Positions 63,095 through 64,000 of a stretch of 64,000 nucleotides of DNA are shown here, piece by piece. A program made the position numbers and the translations under genes. Numbering within the stretch: position 1 is the first letter of the stretch; each line of letters opens with the position of its first letter. The stretch lies in NCBI GenBank assembly GCA_964527185.1, contig CAZGOI010000001.1, positions 87,166 through 151,165 of the forward strand, in the 5' to 3' direction. The stretch comes from an uncultured Candidatus Saccharibacteria bacterium. GTDB taxonomy: Bacteria; Patescibacteriota; Minisyncoccia; Phycocordibacterales; UBA9973. The notes beneath the pieces are model-generated. The model had not been told where the DNA came from. It made no database searches and saw only the letters and a list, made by a program, of their open reading frames with translations.

Positions 63095-63994
63095 TTAATG
63101 TGTCCACCTATTGTTTCTAAATATTTGATCCATAATATTATTCACTGCTCGACGAGCAATTTCCCCAGATGAGTAATAATCACCAGTGTTCCAGACACCG
63201 TACCTTGGGTAGATATTTCCACTCGATGAAATATTTCCAGTGTTATGGATCAATCTAGTATAATTGCCATCAAAAGTTCCCCCATTTTTAAAACCATAGA
63301 GCGTTCCATCGTCTGTTTGAAAAACCTTTTTGGTAATTCTAGCCACATAGTCTTCGATCGTTTCATTGCCGATTGGTCTATCGTTAGCCAAGGCCTGTTC
63401 AACTTTTGGTACAAGTTTTTTGTAAACTCCAGACAATTTTTCTAGATCGTCATGGTGGGTGTATGTGTAGTGGTGTACTACCGAGCTGCCAGTGTTGCTA
63501 GCTTGGTCGTGTAGAACTCCGCCAGAAACCAAAGTGTTTATATTGTCCTGCGATAAATCGTTGCCATCGACAAGATGCACTTGGTCAAAATTATTGTCGA
63601 TGAAATACTTGGCTGGGATCTTACTGGCGACTTGCCACTCTGGCGCGTCGCGAAAATATGTCGTGCTAATTACATTTTCATTCTGCCCGAGGTCTTTGAC
63701 GTACTCGATACTTTTTTCGCTATGGCCAAAAAGTTCTTGCAACTCTCTTTCTTTATTGAAATCTTCGTATGAAGCAAATTTAACACCCTTGGCATCAAAC
63801 ATATTGTTTGTGGCAGTATTCCAATCTTTTGTTTTAATACCATCTATATTATCGTGGTCTGGCTTTTCAACCACTACGTCCCTTTTGCCAAAAAATTCGT
63901 GGACTTGGCGTGTGTCTACCAAGTGTCTTGGGTCTTTTTCTATATCATCGATGTTGCTTGCGTGGTGGACGTGCTCTAGCGAACCAACCTTCAA
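63095..63994 (-). CDS. hypothetical protein (its N-terminus lies at the window edge)
   Basis: A 299-aa ORF with no recognisable motif. The start is within 6 nt of the window end and may be truncated. Confidence 0.4.
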   Translation of the reverse strand: MKVGSLEHVHHASNIDDIEKDPRHLVDTRQVHEFFGKRDVVVEKPDHDNIDGIKTKDWNTATNNMFDAKGVKFASYEDFNKERELQELFGHSEKSIEYVKDLGQNENVISTTYFRDAPEWQVASKIPAKYFIDNNFDQVHLVDGNDLSQDNINTLVSGGVLHDQASNTGSSVVHHYTYTHHDDLEKLSGVYKKLVPKVEQALANDRPIGNETIEDYVARITKKVFQTDDGTLYGFKNGGTFDGNYTRLIHNTGNISSSGNIYPRYGVWNTGDYYSSGEIARRAVNNIMDQIFRNNRWTH

Positions 63995-64000
63995 AGAGTG

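Noticed and set aside
1-64000. Alternative genetic code (UGA read as Gly or Trp, as in some CPR lineages).
   Set aside because: Long conserved genes such as polA, recG, pcrA, dnaA and PBP1A are open across their full length under the standard code. Their stops fall where homologues end.

Overview
This is a low-GC, gene-dense bacterial window with compact genes and few ribosome-binding sites, a style that fits a Candidate Phyla Radiation (Patescibacteria-like) genome. It reads through with the standard genetic code, and no in-frame UGA problems appear in long genes such as polA, recG and pcrA. The core chromosome is well represented. The replication-origin neighbourhood is present: rpmH-rnpA-yidD-yidC-jag on one side, diverging from dnaA-dnaN on the other, with an AT-rich dnaA-dnaN spacer that is the likely oriC. 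Other housekeeping genes include polA, recG, pcrA/uvrD, ruvB, ruvC, ruvX, tyrS, rplS, rsmA, tsaE, a class-A penicillin-binding protein, msrA, maf and mscL. Eight tRNA genes are present (His, Leu, Arg, Val, Ser, Lys, and an atypical Ala-like gene). Type IV pilus parts are scattered rather than clustered: a PilM-PilN fusion, a PilO-like protein, and a PilB ATPase. The most notable accessory content falls into four groups. (1) A co-directional minus-strand block of about 13 kb (46.8-60.0 kb) encodes a Gram-positive-style, VirB4-centred type IV secretion-like apparatus. It contains a VirB4 that is split into two ORFs, a PrgI/VirB3-like protein, a VirB6-like polytopic giant, a T4SS-pilin-like protein fused to an amidase_2 peptidoglycan hydrolase, and many secreted low-complexity proteins. 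It has no relaxase and no coupling protein. (2) An AT-rich single-polypeptide Type IIG (MmeI-like) restriction-modification gene sits between recG and a pair of tRNA genes, and one of those tRNAs is structurally aberrant. (3) An ECF sigma factor and putative anti-sigma operon carries a 64-bp upstream element that is repeated almost exactly in front of a downstream ankyrin-repeat gene. (4) A VKOR disulfide-bond-forming enzyme is coupled to large cysteine-bearing surface proteins. Smaller features include an 11-bp tandem duplication that breaks a DinB-like gene, a 21-bp inverted-repeat-bounded 147-bp element upstream of ruvB, and an unannotated 56-aa highly acidic ORF. All functional calls rest on motif-level recognition from the translations. 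No database searches could be run.
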